Of a stretch of DNA of 64,000 nt, positions 60,610 to 64,000 are shown in pieces. This DNA comes from Eukaryota sp. TZLM1-RC. Taxonomy: Eukaryota; Protista; Metamonada: BaSk clade. Below the pieces are notes generated by a model. It was not told where the DNA came from, did not search any database, and was given only the letters and a program-made list of their open reading frames with translations. The translations under genes and the position numbers were made by a program. The stretch lies in contig JAUPSS010000002.1 of the NCBI GenBank assembly GCA_040285825.1, forward strand, positions 186,001-250,000. Reading direction: 5' to 3'. Every line of letters begins with the position of its first letter. Position 1 is the first letter of the stretch.

Positions 60610-62679
60610 TAATAATAAGTTGATTTTTGGGAACCAATTCAACATTGTACAGGAAAAGGGAGTCTGGAGTGAATGGTATAATTGTATTGCAACTTGTAGT
60701 TTTTGCAACTTGTAAAAGTTGTAAATTTGAAGCAACTTTGAGGTTGGTGACTTGAAGGCTTTTTTGATGTTGTTAATCACAAAACAGCTGGATTTCAATT
60801 CAAAACTGCGGAAGAAATACATCACAAAAATTTCAATGTTTCCTTATAGCTAATTAAGACATTCCAGAAAGAAGTTTGTTTTCAGTGAAATTTGTCGATT
60901 TTTCAATCGAATAAGAGAAGCTTTTAGCTAGACAGCAAAGCAGATCAAGATTTTGTAGAGGAAACCTTGGTTCAATGATAGGCGTCCCATTAGTTATGAG
61001 TTAATTTAATTAAGTGTGCAAATTCAATAAATACAACGTTTATTGAAATTTGCACTGAAAAACTCAAAAACATCTTTTTTCTCTGAATAATTTTTGGTTC
61101 TGATGATAGAGGTGATGTATACTGTGATTGGATTGATAATTCTGAAGCTATTGTTGACTTTTGTCTCATGTAATGTTGCAAATGATACTTTGGTTCACAG
61201 AAGAAAACTTAATCCTGTGGCTGCTCTGGATTTTAAAGCAAAAGAGGAACATAGAAAATATGATGAAGATATTGAAGATGCTAATGTCGATAGAAATACA
61301 CAGCTGGTTTTTATTGCTTTCCCATTTTCAATAAATGGAAGATTATCAGTTGAAGCAGAAACTTTTTTTGAATGACTTCCAAAAAAATGGTGCAAGAAAA
61401 AAACAATGAAAAGATTTGATATTTTTTTATGGCGTTCACGGATTCAATTTGCCATTATTAATAGATTACCACGGTTTTTCAATCGAATAAGAGAAGCTTT
61501 AGCTAGACAGCAAGCAGATCAAGATTTTGTAGAGGAAATCTTGGTTCAATGATAGTCGTCCCATTAGTTATGAGTCAATTTAATTAAGTGTGCAAATTCA
61601 ATAAATACAATTTATTATCTTTACCTTAGTCCACATTACGGTGGTTTAGGGTGGACGAAGGCTTCTATTCTTACCTCGTGTGCTTTTGTTGGTGGATGCA
61701 GAAATGCAATCTTTGAGTTTTTCCGAAAGATTTGCAGATTGGGAAGATTTATTGATGACAACGCAAAAGTTCCACTGTTTTTGCATTAAATGAAGAAATT
61801 TCAAGAATTGATGTAGAAAAATGGGGTCGATGTTTTCCCCAATCATTCAATGGCAATATTCCAGAAAAAAATGTTTTTAAATTTGAAGTACACTCTTCGA
61901 ACATTACAGAAAAGATTGACTGCAATGTATGAAAAGATCTTTATAATAATATATGCAGCTCGGCTGTTTTTAAATCAAGATTTTCACTCATTGTTATTGG
62001 AAAAGGGTGTTTGTGAAAACAAGTCGTCAGATTCTTCACTTTTTGTAACCATTGTACCACGAAGATTTGGATTGTGTGCCACTAATGAAGCATTTGTAAC
62101 AAAAATGAGATTATATTTGAACATCCCCATTAACCAATTATTATCAAAAAGAAAAATGTATTTGTTCGAATTCACCTCAACTCACTTTGCGCCATGCTCT
62201 GAATTGCTCGGAATTGATAACTTATCGTTCTTCATTACATGATGCTGTTAGAGACACTGTTTTCAATATGGCACAAACTGCAAGGATATCGTGTATCAAA
62301 GAGCCCCTGCTGAAGGAAACACTTTCTCTGAATAATTTTGGTTCTGATGATAGAGGTGATGTATACTGTGATTGGATTGATAATTCTGAAGCTATTGTTG
62401 ACTTTGTCTCATGTAATGTTGCAAATGATACTTTGGTTCACAGAAGAAAACTTAATCCGGTGGCTGCTCTGGATTTTAAAGCAAAAGAGAAACATAGAAA
62501 ATATGATAAAGATATTGAAGAGGCAAATGTCGATAGAAATACACAGCTGGTTTTTATTGCTTCAAAGGTACTCCTCTGTAAAAGGAAAACAAAGAAAAAG
62601 AAACCTTAGAACATTATATAGTTTATTAGCATGGATAGAGACATACATTTGAGTAACTCAATTGAGTTAACAAATTAAA

Positions 62680-64000
62680 TAAAAATAAACAAACATCAAA
62701 CATTTAGCGTTTTCGGTCCTAAATGTGTGTTTTGGATCAAAAATTAATCATCTTCTTCGTTCTTTATCTCCCACAATTTCTCATGATTTTGCACGTCAAT
62801 TCAATACTTTGAGAACAAATTTTTTAGGAAATTTAGTAGAAGTTTGTCCATCTAAAATTCCTTATCATGCATTTTTTAGTCCTAAATTTGGTGGAGTTGG
62901 TTTTTCAAAAGCAGAGTATTTATGCAAAAGTGCTTTTATTGGTGGTATGAAAAATTTTCTTTTGAATGGAAACTTCGTTTTGATCATATTCCTTTAAATG
63001 AATCACATCCTTTATTAATTTCTCTTGAAAAAAATGGTGCAAGAACTACCTGTTGATATTTGGAATAGGAGTTTTCCTTCAAGTTTGCCTGCTGTGCCTT
63101 CGAGATCTTTCACCAACCTTCATCTTGCTGTTGTGAAATTACAGAAATCTGTCCTTATTGGTTTTGAAGACCTGGATTTTTCTAAACGACTTAGTGTGAC
63201 TAAGATTAATAATCCCGTCTTTGCTGCCTTTTTATCAGACATTCAGAACTGTACTAGTTTAATATCTCAGCAACCAAGGCCATTTGGTCTTCACTTAACA
63301 AATGAAGCTTGGAAACAAAACATGCGGTTGAGATTAGGGATGTATCCAAGTGGTCTTTTGGACAATTCTTATTGTATTTGTAACAAAAAACCTACTGCCA
63401 ATTTTCGTCATATTGTGAGCTGTAAGAAATTTCTCCAATATAGGTCAGTTCTTCATAATGCCGTTCGTGATGTGACATATGAGATGTTCAAGTGTTACAA
63501 TTTTAGTTGCAAAGTAGAACCTTTGTTGAAGCATTATAGTGATGATAATCATTTTAATTCACGTCGAGGTGATTTAATTGCTCCTTTTGTGGATTCCTCT
63601 CAAGTTGTTGTTGATTTCACTACAGTTGATCCCTTTGCTTTTGTTTATCGCGATGATGTTTTACTTAGTACTAATGGTCATTTAAACAAGGCTGAAGATC
63701 GTAAGAGAGATAAATATACTGAGATATTAAATGATTTAAATAAGAACCTTTATTCGAAGTTTTCGTTTGTTCCTTTTGCCTTTTCGATTTTTGGCAACAT
63801 TGGACAATCCGCCTTGAATTTCATCAATGATTTTGGTAATTTATGTCGTTCAAGTGGTAAGAATTTTGCAGAGAATTTATGGAAAAATCGTATCATTTTC
63901 GCTTTGTACAGAAGTGTTCCCAAGTACTTGAGTTTAATGATGTCTAAACTTTATCAAGAGTTGGCGTGGAGAATTTAGTTTCTTATGTGTTTTAGTTTGT
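62680..64000 (+). mobile_element. CRE-like family B, duplicate copy
   Basis: Matches ~53340-54660 except for homopolymer indels. Confidence 0.9.

Larger units (their letters stand above)
55341..64000 (+). repeat. Second copy of 42918-54661 lacking 50125-53221
   Basis: 55341-62562 matches 42918-50124 (initial offset 12423); 62562-64000 matches 53222-54661; differences seen are mostly +/-1 homopolymer indels. Confidence 0.95.

Overview
AT-rich eukaryotic DNA, most likely from a flagellated protist (inference from 28-32 nt spliceosomal introns and two cilium-type genes). About eleven host genes are scattered through a dense, nested transposon landscape: an MFS transporter, a Cdc26-like peptide, an Elongin A-like protein, a DEDDy 3'-5' exonuclease, a beta-alpha fused NAD(P) transhydrogenase, RPS9, eIF3a, a TLC-domain protein, WDR31, an RIIa-domain protein, a truncated qRRM gene and tRNA-Gln. 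Mobile elements include at least five families of CRE-like (RT + restriction-like endonuclease) non-LTR retrotransposons, three chromodomain Ty3/Gypsy-type LTR families (one nested in another), hAT, MULE and Tc1/IS630 relics, and three decayed Fanzor1 (TnpB-like) relics. Positions 55341-64000 repeat 42918-54661 with a 3.1 kb deletion and may be an assembly artefact. Two signals stand out. (1) A ~97% identical, ~350 nt Fanzor-derived 3' cassette ends exactly at the ATG of two unrelated cilium-type host genes. (2) All three unrelated LTR families carry a perfect 12-bp palindrome CA-N8-TG, of different sequence in each, at the 5'LTR/primer-binding-site boundary. All family assignments come from motifs recognised by eye; no searches were run.
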